This document shows, one piece after another, positions 22,943-36,792 of a stretch of 64,000 bases of DNA. Positions within the stretch are counted from its first letter, which is position 1, and each line of letters begins with the position of its first letter. Source of the DNA: Narcine bancroftii (lineage: Eukaryota). The DNA lies in NCBI RefSeq assembly GCF_036971445.1, contig NC_091469.1, positions 353,152,001-353,216,000 of the forward strand, written 5' to 3'. The notes under the pieces were generated by a model that worked only from the letters and a program-made list of their open reading frames with translations, ran no database searches and was not told where the DNA came from. The translations under genes were made by a program, and so were the position numbers.

Positions 22943-24044
22943 TGTGTTGACCTTTAATTTAATGTTAAACTATTTATTTTATAAAAATGTGTTGGTAAAG
23001 TAAATTATAGTTAAAATGTTGTATCTGTATTCTTAGTAAGTTAGCTATGGGTTGGTACAAGGTCACAGCACATTTATAAAGAACTATTTTCTGAGAAGTG
23101 TGTTCATTCTCAGAGTCGATGCGTCTTGGACAGACAGCTAATTTATTTCAAGTAGGGCTTAGTTATGCAAGAACTGCTGATGAAGCCATCTGTTTGAAAT
23201 CAAAGCCACTTAAGCCTCTTGAACAGAGAGGAGACCAGAGTTTGTTATTTGTATAGAATAGTTTTGAAAAAGGAACAGAGTTTTGGTAGAAATAAAACTG
23301 ATGGTCATGTGGTTTTCAAGAATTGGGACTCCCCTCTGATGATGTAATGGTCACATGATTTGGAGAAATATATGACTAAATTCAGACATTTTGAGTTCAG
23401 TTTTGGAAAAGTTCACTTTGGACAGAAGTCAAAACCCTATGCCTTGTGAAAGACAGGGTTGAGCAACAGTAACCAGAATTGTTGCTGTTGTGTGTTACTC
23501 CTGGGAAAAGAGAACACAGAATCAGTAGCTTTTGATTTAAGGAAGACCATTTTACTGTCTCTTTGGAAAAGAACAGATTTCTATTTTTGTGTTTGGCCAC
23601 TTCGCTTAAACCTTCTCTGGTTTGTGACTTCATCGTGGAAGAAAATAGCCACTTAGTTTAACCTGTGTCTGCGTTTCTGACTTCATCCTGGAAGAAAATA
23701 GCCAATTCGTTTAATCTGTGTCTGGGTTTCTGACTTCATCCTGGAAGAAAATAGCCACTTCGTTTAACCTATCTCTTGGTTTGTTAATTAATTTGGGGGA
23801 AAAGGTGAGTAAAGAGGCCTGAATATATAATGTTTAAAAGCACTTTATAATTATTCTGAACTAAGAATTTAAGACCTTCAAGCAAGACTAAAATGATGTT
23901 GAACTTTTGCTTACGCACACACAGTGAGGTTAAGTTTAGAGATGAGTAAGAAATGTTATGTTAATAGTTTAATTAAAAACTATTATTTTGAATTAACCAT
24001 TTGCTGGTAGATTTTCCATTCCTGTTTCTGTGTTGGTGTGAACA
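22943..24044 (+). mobile_element. Solo LTR (about 1.1 kb) with about 52-bp internal tandem repeats
   Basis: TG...CA ends; organisation resembles the 7555-8486 LTR; unit GCCACTTCGTTTAACCT...TGACTTCATCCTGGAAGAAAATA repeated about 3.5 times at 23595-23780. No TSD seen. Confidence 0.6.
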
Positions 24045-24046
24045 AA

Positions 24047-24146
24047 AACATCGGACTTGTCAGCCACAAACGAGCCTGCAGCTGACGTGGACATTACCCC
24101 TCCATTAATCTTCGTCCACGAAGCCAAGCCAAAGAAAGAAGAAGAA
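24047..24146 (+). mobile_element. RTE-clade LINE 3' end
   Basis: Near-identical to the 3' end of 60185-61238 (GTCAGCCACAAACGAGCCTGCAGC...GAAGCCAAGCCAAAGAAAGAAGAAG). Confidence 0.85.
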
Positions 24147-24149
24147 TGT

Positions 24150-24750
24150 TGCTTCCCCTCTTCCTCCATCAACACAGCCCTCACACACATATCCTCTATT
24201 ACCTGCCCATCTGCTCTGCCCCATGCACAAAAAAGACAGGATTCCCTTGTCCTCACCTACCACTCCACTAGCCTCTGCATCCAACCATTTCCTGCACCTA
24301 CTACATGATACCACCATGCATTCCCCTCTTCTTCAGGGACTGCTCCCTCAGTGACTTATTCATCCTAATCCTCACTTCCCACTTATCATCCCCTGTGACC
24401 GCAGGATGTGCGCCACTTGGAATCCCCCCCCCCCCCTCACCACCACTTGGGGTCCCAAACAGTCCTTCCAAGTGAAACAACACGTGAATCTGCAGGGGTC
24501 ATGTCCAGTATCTGGTGCTTCCATTGTTGTCTCTACATCGAGAAACTGGACGCAGACTGGAAGGTCACTTTGTTGAGCACCTCTGCTCTGCTGCAACAAC
24601 GGGGATCTTCGGTGGCCGCCCATTTCAATTCTCCATCCTAGTCTCTTGCTAACATGTCCGATCATGGTCTCACGTAGTGCTAGACTGAGACCATCTGTAA
24701 ATTGCAGAAACAACAATTCTATCTGGGCACTCTCCAACCAGTTTCTGTTA
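24150..24750 (+). mobile_element. Penelope-like element fragment (GIY-YIG region)
   Basis: CCCCTTGTCCTCACCTACCAC and CAGTCCTTCCAAGTGAAACAACAC..GAATCTGCAGGGGTCAT..TACATCG segments are homologous to the endonuclease region at 43875-44303. Confidence 0.7.
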
Positions 24751-25989
24751 GAATCTCTGCCCCCTCCTGAACACCTCTTTCCTCATGTCTCCTTTACTCT
24801 AGCTCTGTCCATCTCTCCCTTTTTCACTTTAGGAATTTTTACATACAAAAGCTGCGTTATCACCTGCTCAAGTTTTTTTTAAAAGGCAGATTTACCATTT
24901 ATGCTGAGGACTGAAAAGATGGAACGTGCAGTCCTTTTATATAGCCCAGATCAGCGCACCGGCTTCTTAGGGCGAAAGGGGGCGGAATGTTAGCACAGCA
25001 GCAGCTGTCCTGCAACACCCCTGCCGTCCCGCTGCCTGATAGCTCTGCCATTCCGCTCTCTCTCCGTTCCCCTCCCCCTCCCTTTTTCTCTTCCATTCTC
25101 CCCTCCTCTTGCCTTATCAGCCCCACACTGATCCCGCTGCCCAATAGCCTCCCCCAGCCGCCCCTCTGCCTGACAGCCCTGTCAGAAGCAGGTGGCATGA
25201 AGGGAGCTTGGCGGAGTGAGCGAACAAAGCCTGGAAGCTCCATCAGCCGCTCTGTGACAGTGCAGCTGTCAGTGTGTCATCAGTCATCTTACCTTCCTGC
25301 TGAGAGCAGCTATCAGTGACAATCTTTTTACACAGGAGGTAGAGTGACTTGACTCCACCTCTAGCAATGCCACCTTTGGCGGAGGGAACCTGGATCATTT
25401 TGGATTCACCAATCCACATTTGGACCTTTTATGCAGGTAAGTGGAGTGCTTGAAGGCAGAGGAAACCTGTCTTTACAAATTGCTAATTTTCACTATAAAA
25501 AGAGCCTTTCGTCTCCTTTTTCAGAGCCAAAAACAAACCCTTCCTCAACCAATCAGTTCTTTGCTTTCCTCTCTGTCCTCTTAATGCCCTTTGTCTGTGG
25601 TCTTACTCCTCCCACTGACATTTTCCCTTTTCAATAGACTTTTAATACAGATGCCCGTCTTTTTTTCCCTCATACCTTGAAGTAGTCGGGCCTGAAATGT
25701 TGAAAATGCATCTTTACCTCGGATGGATGGTGCATGACGTGCTGAGTTCCTTCAGCATTTCTGTGTTTTTGCTACAATCACAGCATCTGCAGACTTTTGC
25801 GTTTCACTCTTAGCAAATCCCTTGCAAGTTATAGGATGTTTCACTTCTGAAAGTGCCATTCAGGTCTCCCAATGTCATCTTGAACTGTTAATATGTATAA
25901 ATAACAAGCAACTATTGCAATGTCTGCCTGGTTGTATTGGACTGTTCAATGATCATTATCTCCACTTGTAGTGCCACATATAAAAAAGA

Positions 25990-27435
25990 AATCAGAATCA
26001 GGATTTATTAACGTGAATAAGTCATGAAATTCAGTGTTTTGTGGCAGCATCATAGTGCAAACATTCATACTATAATCATCTTGTGATGAAAAGTATGGCA
26101 GGGTCTTTGGTTCATTGATTAATCAGGAATCTGATGGCAGCAGGAGAGAAGTTGTCCTTGTGTCGCTGAGTGCTCGTCTTTAGGCTCCTATTCCTTTTTC
26201 CTGATGATAGCCGAGTGAAGAGGGCATGACCTTGGTGGTGGATCTTTGAGGATAGAGGCTGCGTTTTTTAAGGCACCACCTCATGTAGATGTCCTCGATG
26301 GAGTGAAATCTGGTGCCCGAGATTTCACAGGTTGAATTAACAACCCTCTGGAGTTTATTCTTATCCTGAGAGTTGGTGCCTCCATACCAAGCAGTGATGC
26401 ACCAGCCAGAATGCTCTCCACGATACACCTGTAGACATTTACGAGTGTCTTCGGTGACATACCGAATCTCCTCAGACACCTCATAAAGTATAGCTGCTGG
26501 TGAGCCTTCTTTGTGATGTTTATGCACCATCAATAATCACAAAAGGCTGAAGTTGTGAAAATTATAGGCTTTTATTAGCAATAGACTGGAACTGCCATCA
26601 CCCTCATTTGACTGATCAAGGCAGAGTGAAATGGGGGGCACGCAAAGAACTGTGGAGAGGATCAGACTCTGGAAGCGTGCCAATCTTAGCAGCCAATCGT
26701 AGTATATCAATGGTTTACCACAGTTGACACCCAGGTATTTTAAGCTTTTGACCCTTTCCACTACTGAGTCCTTGATGAAGACTGGGCCGTGTCCCCTGAC
26801 TTCTCCTGAAGTCCACAATCATCTTGGTTTTGCTGACATTGACCGCACCGCAAGGTTGCTATTGTTACACCATTCAATGAGCTGATCTGTCTCCCTCCTG
26901 TACACTTCCTCATTGCTGTTTGCGATTCTACTGACAACTGTGGTGTCATTGGCAAGCTTGTAGATGGCATTGGAATTGTGCCTGGCCACACATTTGTGAG
27001 TGTATAATGAGTAGAGCCATGGGCACACATCATTTTGATGATCAGTGACGAGGAGATGTTGTTTCCAATTCGTACTTAACTGTGGTTTTCCAATGAGAAA
27101 GTCAAGAATCCAGTTGAGGAGGGGGATACAGAGGCCTAGAGTTTGTAGCTTCTTGACCACCACTGAGGGAATAATGGTAATGAAGGCCGAGATGTAGTCG
27201 ATGAAGAGCAGCCGTATATACAAAATTCTGTTTGATGTGATCCAGAGCTGAGTGGAGAGCCAGCGATATTGCATCTGCCGTGGAGTGATTGATGATAGGC
27301 AAATGGCAATTAGGTATGTGTTGATTCTGGAAGTTACCAGCCTTTCGAAGTATTTAATCACAGAAGTTAGTGCTACTGGGAGGTCGTTGTTGAGGCAGCT
27401 CACGCTACTCTTCTTGGGTAATGGGATAATAGTAA
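25990..27435 (-). mobile_element. Rex1/Babar-like LINE RT fragment, degenerate
   Basis: PLPKKSSVSCLNND.PVALTS, IRLLFIDYISAF, NWILDFL, YSLYTH.CVA.H.SNAIYKLANDTTVV and FYRCIVESIL-like motifs; (GATTCT)n-type tail. Confidence 0.85.
26537..26722 (-). mobile_element. Short LTR-like insertion inside the Rex/Babar LINE
   Basis: Minus strand starts TGTGGTAAACC and has ATTGG and AATAAAAGCC, like the LTRs at 46525 and 49416. It interrupts the LINE at KYLGVN. Left boundary approximate. Confidence 0.55.
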
Positions 27436-30014
27436 TGTTAATAGAAATGCTTTCAACACTTGTGTAAATATTATGCTTTAAAGTTTGCATTTAAAAAAAA
27501 ATTACCTGCAGTTTCCCATACTCGCCTGTCCTTGCTCAAACTGACGTTCTTGCATCTTTTTCCATAACTGTTTCTGTACTAATCATACTTTCATTTGTGA
27601 TGTGATCTGAAGAAGGGACTGGATATGGGGTGGTGTCATGGAACTGTATGTCAAAGCAATTTTAATAAGACTCTTCTGGTTAAAATACAAAATGTAATAA
27701 TTGATCCTGCAGGGAGATGTGTTACATTTTTTTCAGAATATTGGACACATGAATATATATGCACCTAATGTGGATGATTTAACGTTTCTTAACTTAGCAA
27801 ATGCATGTGATAATATATTAAAAGATGGGGATTTCAATTTTTGTTTACATCTAGTTCTAGATTAGATCAACAAGAACAATAACCAGGACAAAAGCAGCTG
27901 AGGCCACAATGCTGTTGATTTAACTTTAATAGATCTCTGGAGAAGAATCCATCCAAGAGAAAGAGACATGATTGTTATTCCAGGATAGATTTGTTTTTAA
28001 TATCTGCACAACTTCAGGGTAGAATTCAACAAGCAGATTATCTGATCATTCTCTTTTGTTGACAAGAACAATGTTGGAGAAAGAAGAATCAGGTTCCAGA
28101 TAGAGATTTAACAGTTATTAAAAAGGAAAGATTTTAGTGACATTATTAGATAACAAATAAGATCTGTTTTTGAGACCAACTCTAATTCGGTTAATAATTT
28201 ATTTTATGGGATGCGATGAAAGCATATTTAAGAGGTCAAATAATAAATTATATTTCTAAAATTAAGGATTATATGAAAGAGGTGGAACAATTGGAGACAG
28301 ATAAGAAATTTAGAAAAAGATTTGCAAATACAAATTAATGTGGAAAAACGGAGACGACTAATAAAAAATTTCACACAATACTTCACAAACATAGAACAGA
28401 GAAAGCGATAATGGGAACTAATCAGATATTGAATTAGGTGAGACAGTTAAAAATGGAACAAATATAGAGAACTATTATTGCAACTAAAACTGATCTTAAT
28501 TTAATTACTTACAAACATCAAGAATGAAAATTTTAAACAATTTTGTACAAAGTTGACCCTGAGATTAAAGGTTATACAAGTCAGATTCTCAAGATGATGA
28601 TGATCAAATAATTTTTTTGTCACAAATAAATTTACCAACATTAAATTTGGAAGATCAAAGAGAACTGGGTGTCCCCTTCACCCCAGTAGAGGTGAGGGTA
28701 GCATTGAGCTCATCACAAAGTAACAAGTTTCTGGGATAAATAGGTTTCCCACCTGAATTAACCATATAACCACTTACAGCACAGAATTACAGATTTATTA
28801 ATTCCCCCCCCCCCCCCCCCTTTTATGGAGGTATTAGGACTGGCAATGGAAATGCATACTTTACAGGAATCTTTTAGCACAGCAATAATAACTGTAGTAC
28901 CCCCAAAAAAAAGACCCTTTAAAGCCATCATCATATAGACCTATTTCATTATTAAATGCAGATTATAAAATAATAGCAAAAATGTTAGCAAACAGGTTGG
29001 TAAAATTTTTACCAAAGTTAATAAATATGGATCAGACTGAATTCATTAAAAAATCTGCTGATAATGTAACCAAATTATTGAGAATAATGCATCTACCACA
29101 AAAGAGAGGGGACCTGAATGTAGCAGTGGCTTTAGATTGCAGGAAAAGTGTTTGATAGATTAGAATGGGACTTTTTAAAGTGCTTGAAAAATTTGGGTTT
29201 GGACAAATATTTGCAAATTGGATTAAAGCTGTATGTAATGGACTGAAAGCTAAAGTTGTAACAACTGGGCAGATTTAACTAGATCTAGTAGGCAAGGGTG
29301 TCCATTATCTCCAGGTTTATTTATTTTAGCAACTGAACCACTTACAGAACTGATTCGATCTGACCCTGAAATTAAAGGTTTTAGAGTTGGCATAGACAAC
29401 TATAAAATGAATTTATTTTCAGATGACATAGTAATTGACTTGACAAAATTGGAAGTTTCATTATGTAAACTATATATCAGATTTTTAAAAAAGGGATAGT
29501 ATCCAGTTATAAAGTGGGGGTATATTCTGTGTCAAAGTATTTAGGAATAAGGTTAGATAGTAATTAAAATAATCTATTTAAATTAAGTTATTCCCCTTAA
29601 GAAAATTGATGAAGATTTTGGGGTAAAAAATGGATGATTTGCCAATAATATTATTGGGAAGAGTTAATTGTATAAAAATGAATATATTTCCTAGAGTACA
29701 GTGTCATTTTCAAACATTGCCTATATCCTTATCACATAATTTTTTTTTCAGGATTTAAATAAATATGTAAGGAAATTTCTTTGGAAGAGCAAGATTTTTG
29801 AGGGTTTCCTTAGAAAAATTAACATGGAAATATGACTAGGAGGTCTACAACTTCCAAACTTTAAAAACTATTAAAAGGCAACGCAAATGAGATTTCTCTT
29901 TTTTCAGGAGGGAGAGAAACCAGCATGGATTAAGATAGAGATTGAAAAGATGGGAGGGAAGATACCAGAAGATTTTATATACAAATGAGAACCAAAGTTA
30001 ATATCTGGTGACAG

Positions 30015-30676
30015 TGTTACGAGCCTAAAGGACCCCGAAACCCAGCAACAATAGACATTCACCAAGACAAGTGGTTTTTAAAACAAAAGTTATTTTTAAT
30101 CAACTTTAAACATGAAAATAGAATCAAACTTTAACTTGACTCTATACTTATACTTAACTATATACTAACCCAAATTAACCCCCTTCTAATTCAAAGTGCA
30201 TGTGTAGGCAATGTGTGTGTGTGTGTGTGTTAATTTAAGAAAAGTTCTTTGGTTCACATTTCAATCTCACTTCTCCTTCTTCCAAGTTCTCTGGATGCAG
30301 ACAATTTTTATACTGTGCACAGAATTTTACATGTCTCAAGTTCACCAGGCTCTGGTGCTTAAAAGGTAAATGTTTATCACTCAAGAAGGTTCTTGTAGGG
30401 TTTGCAGAGAGATTTGTTGTTCCAGGATTTCCACAACTGAGGTACCACCATTGGTCACCTCAAGGTCTCGCTGATGAAACTTGGCCCATCAGGGTTTTCC
30501 AGATGGTAACTTCTTTCTTTAAGCTACCACAGAGTTCCATTCCTCTTATTCCAAGAGAAACATCAGACAGATAGCTCTTCCAGCTATCCACTGCTTTGGA
30601 ACTTTTCATCAGTTCTTTCTGGATTGCTGTTCAGAAGCTTTTCAGTGTCCCACACACACTGACTGAGAAAGCTTAT

Positions 30677-30736
<60 letters not shown>

Positions 30737-31101
30737 CCCCCAACTGAAAAACTCCAGTGAAAAGCATGTGACTTTCAAAACCCCTACCATCTCCAGCAAA
30801 CAACAGGAGTTCTTCCTTCTGCTCAAGTTGTTATCTTAAGTATTAACAAAACCCAGCAGTGACCTTTCTGTGAGCACTTTGCAGAAAGGGTACTTGTAGT
30901 CAGCCTGACTCCAGCAAGACAATGGCCATGCATTTTATGAGCCATTTCTATTATCACCTACTTGTGAAATGTGCATAACATTTCCAGAGATCCTGCAATG
31001 TGAATTCTTCAGTCTTTCAAATAAGATCTGTTTTAAAATGTGTGCATGTATGTAACCTACACTAAATCTTACAAATTCCCCAAAATATTATAATCATTAC
31101 A
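30015..31101 (-). mobile_element. Solo LTR (1087 bp) inserted in L1
   Basis: Perfect TSD ACAG (30011-30014, 31102-31105); TG...CA ends; excision restores L1 peptide ISGDRETPLLKHL. Confidence 0.85.
30680..30733. repeat. (CT)n microsatellite within the solo LTR
   Basis: Uninterrupted CT dinucleotide run. Confidence 0.95.
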
Positions 31102-33729
31102 ACAGGGAAACTCCATTGTTGAAGCATTTGATTAATATTGGTATAAAGCAAATACTAGAATGGGAGTGTGGAACCCTGGTTTGGCTTTGAATCAAAATAG
31201 ACTAATCCCATTTACAATGAATAATTAACTTTTGCATATTTGGTTCTCTAATGGAATTAGAAATGTAGAAGATTGTTATGAAGGAGGAAATTTAATGTCA
31301 TTTAAACAATTAAAAAATAAAAATATATACAAAATTATAGAATGTTATCAAATAAAAATATATTAACAAGATAAATTGAAACCAGCAATATTGTTACTTA
31401 AAAGTAGTGAAATAGAAACCTTGATTTGTGATCTATTTAGAAATTTATATTAGCCATGCATATATTATTGCAAAAGGGAACTCACAAGCAGGAAATACAT
31501 ATCTCTAGATAGAGGTGGAGGACCAATATAAATATTATTGGGGAGAAAAATTGGTCAGAACTATGTCTAGATAGGATGATAAATAGAATAAATGTTAGAT
31601 ATAGATTTGTTCAATATAATTTTTTACATCAACTATATCTTGCCCCACAAAAATTAAATAGATTGGTCAGATCTTTCAGATCAATATTTAAGATGTAGCC
31701 ACATACATTGCACATTGCACATAGTCTTGTCCAAAATTGAGACCATTTTGGATAGAATTCAGAACTTTTTTGGGTCAAGTCACAGGAGTTAAATTTTCAC
31801 AGAATTCAATGTTTTTAATGGGTAATATTTCAGGGGTAAGACAAATATTAAAACTGAATTTGTATGAAAAAGAATTTGTAAAAATTGCATTAGCAGTTGC
31901 AAGAAAATGTTTATCAGTGACATGGAAATTGGATTCTCCTTTAGGTTTAGAAAAATGGCATGTGGAAATTCATAGCCTTATACCCCTTGAGAAGATTGCA
32001 TATAATTTGATAAATAAATATACTTTTTTGAAAATTCGGTGCCAATATTTACACTTTATAGGTATAAATTTATGAATGGAGTTTCCCTAAACATCGTGAA
32101 ACCTTGTTGACTTGTTGGAATAAACAAACAAAGAGAATTGAAAAAAGTTAGGTCTCTTTCTTTACAATTGTATTTTTTCCTTCTCTTCATTCTTTTCTAT
32201 CACTTTTGGGGTTATTATTTGGGGGGAAGGGATTGGGGGCTTTATAAAACCAGGTATAATGGATTTAATATGATTACATTTTTTGACCTGAATACATGTA
32301 TTGAAAATTTAAATAAAATATTCAATAAAACTTTGTTCATGACTTTTTTCTGTATTGCACAGTCAATTTGTTACATGTCTTTGTTTATATTTTTCTTTTG
32401 TATGCACATCTTTTGAGTCCTGTTTTTTTTTCCACTACTGATAAGTAGAAATTCTGCCTGACCAGCAGAAAAAAGAATCTAGGGGTTGAATGTGATGTCA
32501 TGCATTAACTCAGACAATAAATCTGAACTTTGAAACAGAGGCACTTGGACTGGCCTAATGTGTAACATGAATGGGTGGTGCACTTTCAAATAAAGCATCA
32601 GATCATGGATCTGTCTGGTCTCTCTGGTGAATAGTCACACTCCAATTTTGTTTGAAACAAAGTAAGGTTCATTTTGGTGACCTTGCCAATATTTGTTCCT
32701 CAATTCTGAAGGTGATCAAATGGCGATCCCTTATTGTTGTTTGTTGGAAATGTGTACATATTGTCTACTGTGGTTCCTAGATTTATTACAGCAGTGATCA
32801 TGGTTCAAAGATATTTAATGAGCTGTAAAGCACTTCAGAAAATCATGAAAGGATCTAGTGTAAGTTTTGTTAGAAATTTGTTGACAATGTTGAGTCTGTT
32901 CTGCAGATCTACATAACTTTTTTTTAACTGTTCAACTGTTGATGAAATAATACAACTTCAGGTTTATTATCATCTGACTGTACCTATGCAACTAGATGAA
33001 AGGTTTCTCCAGACTGCAGTGCGCACGTGCACACACACTACATAATAATCACATTTATACATAAAGATATAACTTAAAATAAATATAAATATTTTGGGAT
33101 GATTTATTTGGTTACAGGATAGTGTTCAGCAATATCACAGCCTGCAGGAAGAAACTGCCAGCCTGGCATCCTGGTTTTGATGCTCTGAACACCTCTTTAA
33201 TGGTGGTGGGTCGATGATGCTGTGTGCAGGATGGAAAGGGTCCTCTATATCTTTGAACCCTATTTAAACAACATTCCTGGCAATGGAGGAAAGGGAGACC
33301 CCAATGGTCTTAATGCTTTGCAGCTACCAGGCCTCATAATAATGTCTGAACAGGGCACTCTCAATTATGCTCCTGTAAAATGTGGTCAAGGTGGGGGTGA
33401 GTAGCCCTGCCCTCCTCAACCTGCTTACAAAGTGTAGGCACTTTCTGACTAATGAGGAGGTGTCGTAGGTCAAGGATAGGTTGCCCTTTATATGCACATC
33501 AAGGAACATTATGCTCTCCACACTTTCCACGATAGAACTATTGTGTAATAGAGAGTGGTCGACCTACTGAAGTTCACAATGATCTCCTTTGTCCACGTTA
33601 AGACTCTGATTGTTTTTCTCAGAAAAATTCTTTTTACTAAAGAGTACCTCACAGAATTTTAAATCCTGATTATATAATAACTCTTAGCTCAGTCAAAATT
33701 GCAATATTGGACTAAATTTAACAAGTTAG

Positions 33730-33932
33730 ATGCACAGCACAGTAACAGGCTCTTCCGGCTCATGAGCCCATATCACTCAAATATCCCATGTTTTGGAGGG
33801 TGGGAGAAAACTGGAGCACCTGGAGGAAACTCAAGCAGACTTGGGGACAAAGTGTAAACTTCTTGCAGTCAGCGCTGAATTTGAACTCTGGATACTGGTG
33901 CTGCGCTAGCATTATGCGCACCGTACCGCCCC
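33730..33932 (-). mobile_element. tRNA-derived V-SINE-like element (other copies at about 42075-42301 and 51585-51785)
   Basis: Shared core GGAGCACCyGGAGGAAAC.C..GCAGACA..GGG..AAACT.CTT.CAGAC..C.G.ATTTGAAC; CR1-like tail. Confidence 0.7.
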
Positions 33933-34122
33933 TGAATGAACCATGCCACTTATTTAGCAATTATTTTCATTTCAGGTTTAGGTGAGAGGATTTGTTACTT
34001 TAACGGCATCGGCTGTGCCTGACACTCTGGCAACCCTCCTCTAATTTGGGAGAGCTTCCATCTGGTGATCAGAAAAAGTAATTTCTGGAAGAAAGCTGTC
34101 AACATTTTGTGAAAGGAGAAGC

Positions 34123-34289
34123 ATGCCGAAGTTCCAAGAAGCTGGAAAAACTGTTCCAAACACTTCAACGATGGTGTGCGTCGGGTCCCTGATTGCAAAA
34201 AGATATTTGGTTAAAGAAAGACTTGGCAGAGGAAGCTTTGGGATAGTTTACCTTGTTCTGGATAAGAAGTCACCAAAAGAAGAAGAGTT
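34123..34289 (+). CDS. NEK11: NEK11 (NIMA-related kinase 11) first coding exon; exon spans 33976-34289
   Basis: MPKFQEAGKTVPNTSTMVCVGSLIAKRYLVKERLGRGSFGIVYLVLDKKSPKEEE(L): glycine loop GxGSFG, closely resembling human NEK11 MLKFQEAAK...LIARRY...LGSGSFGTVYLVSDKK...EEL. Acceptor ttttcatttcag| and donor TT|gtaagt. Head-to-head with ASTE1. Next coding exon not found in the window. Confidence 0.92.
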
Positions 34290-35381
34290 GTAAGTTGAAA
34301 CTTATCATTGACATATTTTAGTTTCATTTGACGATTAGTTGTGTCTAGAGCTTAAAATGATTGCTGACGTGGGTAACATGCTAACACGGGTGAGAGATGC
34401 TGCTACATTTTCTCCTGTATCCTACGATTTTGTGTCCTAATTTGACACATTGGAGCCTATTATGGGATGGAACTGAGATTGACAATATCCATTGAAAATC
34501 AATTTAAAGGGGGCAAATATGGTAATTAGAAATTATTGATAATTTTCTTATTTTTAAATGAAATAGAAAAAAGACTGAGACTTTGAGGTTAATTCCGAGA
34601 GTTTATTAACACGATATCGTGAAGAGCCTAAACCACCATAAGAACTTTCAAATTTAGCGGCTCCATCCATATTTATACAGTAGAGAACAGATAAGCTTCC
34701 TGATTGTTTTCATATTTCTTGTTAAGTATACGATGAATCTTTCATTCGGCAAGTTTATTGTCATCTGATTCCACAAGTACAATCCAACGAAATGGCTTTC
34801 TCTGGTCTTCGGTGTAAAACATGCAGACAAGCAACTGGACATAACAAACATACAGACAACAGCATATATGCAGGACAAATATTCATAGTTACAGCTAAAT
34901 ATAATTCTGTAAATATGAGAGTCTCGGATGGTTAGTGCGAGCAGTTAATTTGGTCGTTCAGCAGTCTCACTGCCCGTGGGAAGAAACTGTTCCTCAACCT
35001 GGCGGTGCTGGCTCTGATACTATTGTTTCTCCTTCCTGACAGGAGCATCTGACGGATGCTATTTGCGAGTGGAAGGGGTCCTCAATGATTTTGCAAGCCC
35101 TTTTCAGACAATGATCCCAGTCGATCACTTCAATGTGGGGTGGGGTGGGGGGTGGGGAGAGAGGGTTACTCCATTGACACTCTTATGGTCCTGTGGATTG
35201 ACCTCCAATCTATTTCTCTGTAGCCATTGCACCACATCTAGATACAGCCGGCCAGAATGCTCTCGATAGAGCTCCTGTCGAAGGTTGACGTAATGGTGGC
35301 CAGTAGATTACTACTACTTCTCGGAAAGTGTAGTCACTGTTGTGCCTTCCTGATGAGTGAATGAATAGGAAGTATATAATG

Positions 35382-35840
35382 CAGCGTTTCTCAATCTTTT
35401 TACCCTTGTGGAACCCTTGAAATAGTTTTCATGTCTGAGGGAACCCCTGCATAAAAATTATTATATACCATTATTAATATCTATCTCTTTTATATTTTTA
35501 TCGTAGTTCACGTGGTAAACATTTTTTCGGATAACTTGTTTAAGAAATAAATGATGTTTTTTTGTCAAATTTATTGGCAATGCAAAAAAAAATCATATTG
35601 CTCATTTATGAGACTTCACACCGAGGTTTTCATTTTAAATAATATGGGGTTGAAGCCTTTATTATAATAACCAAGGATTTTCCAACAATATGCCATCCAT
35701 GTATAGTAAAATTACGAATATAAAATTAAACAAGAATTACTCAAAAATGCATTAGCCTGTTTATCACTGTTTCTCGCGGAACCCCTAGCGACCTCTTCCG
35801 GAATCCTCGGGTTATGGGGAAACCTGGTTGAGAAACACTT
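35382..35840. mobile_element. hAT-type MITE
   Basis: TIRs CAGCGTTTCTCAA / TTGAGAAACACTT; GGAACCC subterminal repeats; degenerate 8-bp TSD ATATAATG/GTGTAATG. Confidence 0.7.
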
Positions 35841-36792
35841 GTGTAATGAATCATTCAATAGGGAGTGTCTGATGAATCTTTCAGTGAGTTACCTCAGTCT
35901 TTTACTATACTTAACAGTGTTTTAACAAGATTAACTTAGTCTCATCAAGACTCAGGATCAATCAGTCTTTAACGTGTTTAACGGTCTTTTGGAGTTTCTG
36001 TAGACTTCAAAGACTTAGTCTTGTTTATTGGAACTCCTGGCACCCTGGTTATTGTCAGGAGGTTGATCTCATTTCATATCAGCAGTTTTAAATTCAGCTT
36101 GCTTGTAAAAATCAAGTATTCCATCCTGCACTTGGTAGTGTTAACCCTTTGTATCACACATTATGCAAAGGGAAACCATTTTTGGTTTGTGCGCTTTGCT
36201 GTCAAAACAGAAGGAACATCCATTTTAAACTGGCCTTGAAAGTGATGGGACCTATCTTTTAAAGGATCTGCTGTTCTTTTGATGAAATTGTTCTGGGTAA
36301 GGAATTCCAAGGTCTTGGCAATGGCAATCTGCATGTTGTATCTCTTGGAGGAGAGTTTGCATGTGGTGTTGCAATGTACATTCTGTCCTTGGCCTTGCTG
36401 TTGGGGAATAAAGCTTGGTGAGAATCCTGCATACATTTTGGAAACCGTGCATACTGGAGACATTGTCTGCCAGAGGTGGAGTAAATGCTGGTGGTTTAGA
36501 TTCTGTGTGGGAAAAGGCTTCATTTCCAATATGTTTCACAAACTGAGATGTCCCTTTGCCCCTCTCCACCTACACCCCAATGAATTCTGCACTCAACGAT
36601 GCTGAACACTTTTTCTCCCACCACCTCCTCCTACCTATTTCTTTGACAAGGAAAAAAAACTTGGTGAGAATCCTGCAAACATCTTGGAAGCAGCACACAC
36701 TGGAGACCGTCAGAGGTGGGTTGAATGTTGGTGGCTTGGATTCTGAAGAAAAGGCTTAATTTCCAATATATGTTACACAAACTGAGGCGTTT

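Larger units (their letters stand above)
27740..32320 (+). mobile_element. L1-clade LINE ORF2 (EN-RT-Cterm), heavily degenerate, with nested LTR
   Basis: NIYAPN, GDFN, SRID, SDHS, SYRPISLLNADYKIIAKMLANRL, SSRQGCPLSPGLF, LFSDD and LAVARKCLSVTWK...EKIAY motifs; AATAAA near 32312. Confidence 0.9.

Noticed and set aside
23595-23780. Regularly spaced repeats here and at 57570-57776 resembling a CRISPR array
   Set aside because: Head-to-tail tandem units without unique spacers, inside LTRs of a vertebrate genome; no cas genes.
33730-33932. tRNA gene suggested by B-box-like TTCAAA/TTCGAA motifs
   Set aside because: Degenerate SINE head; no cloverleaf can be formed.
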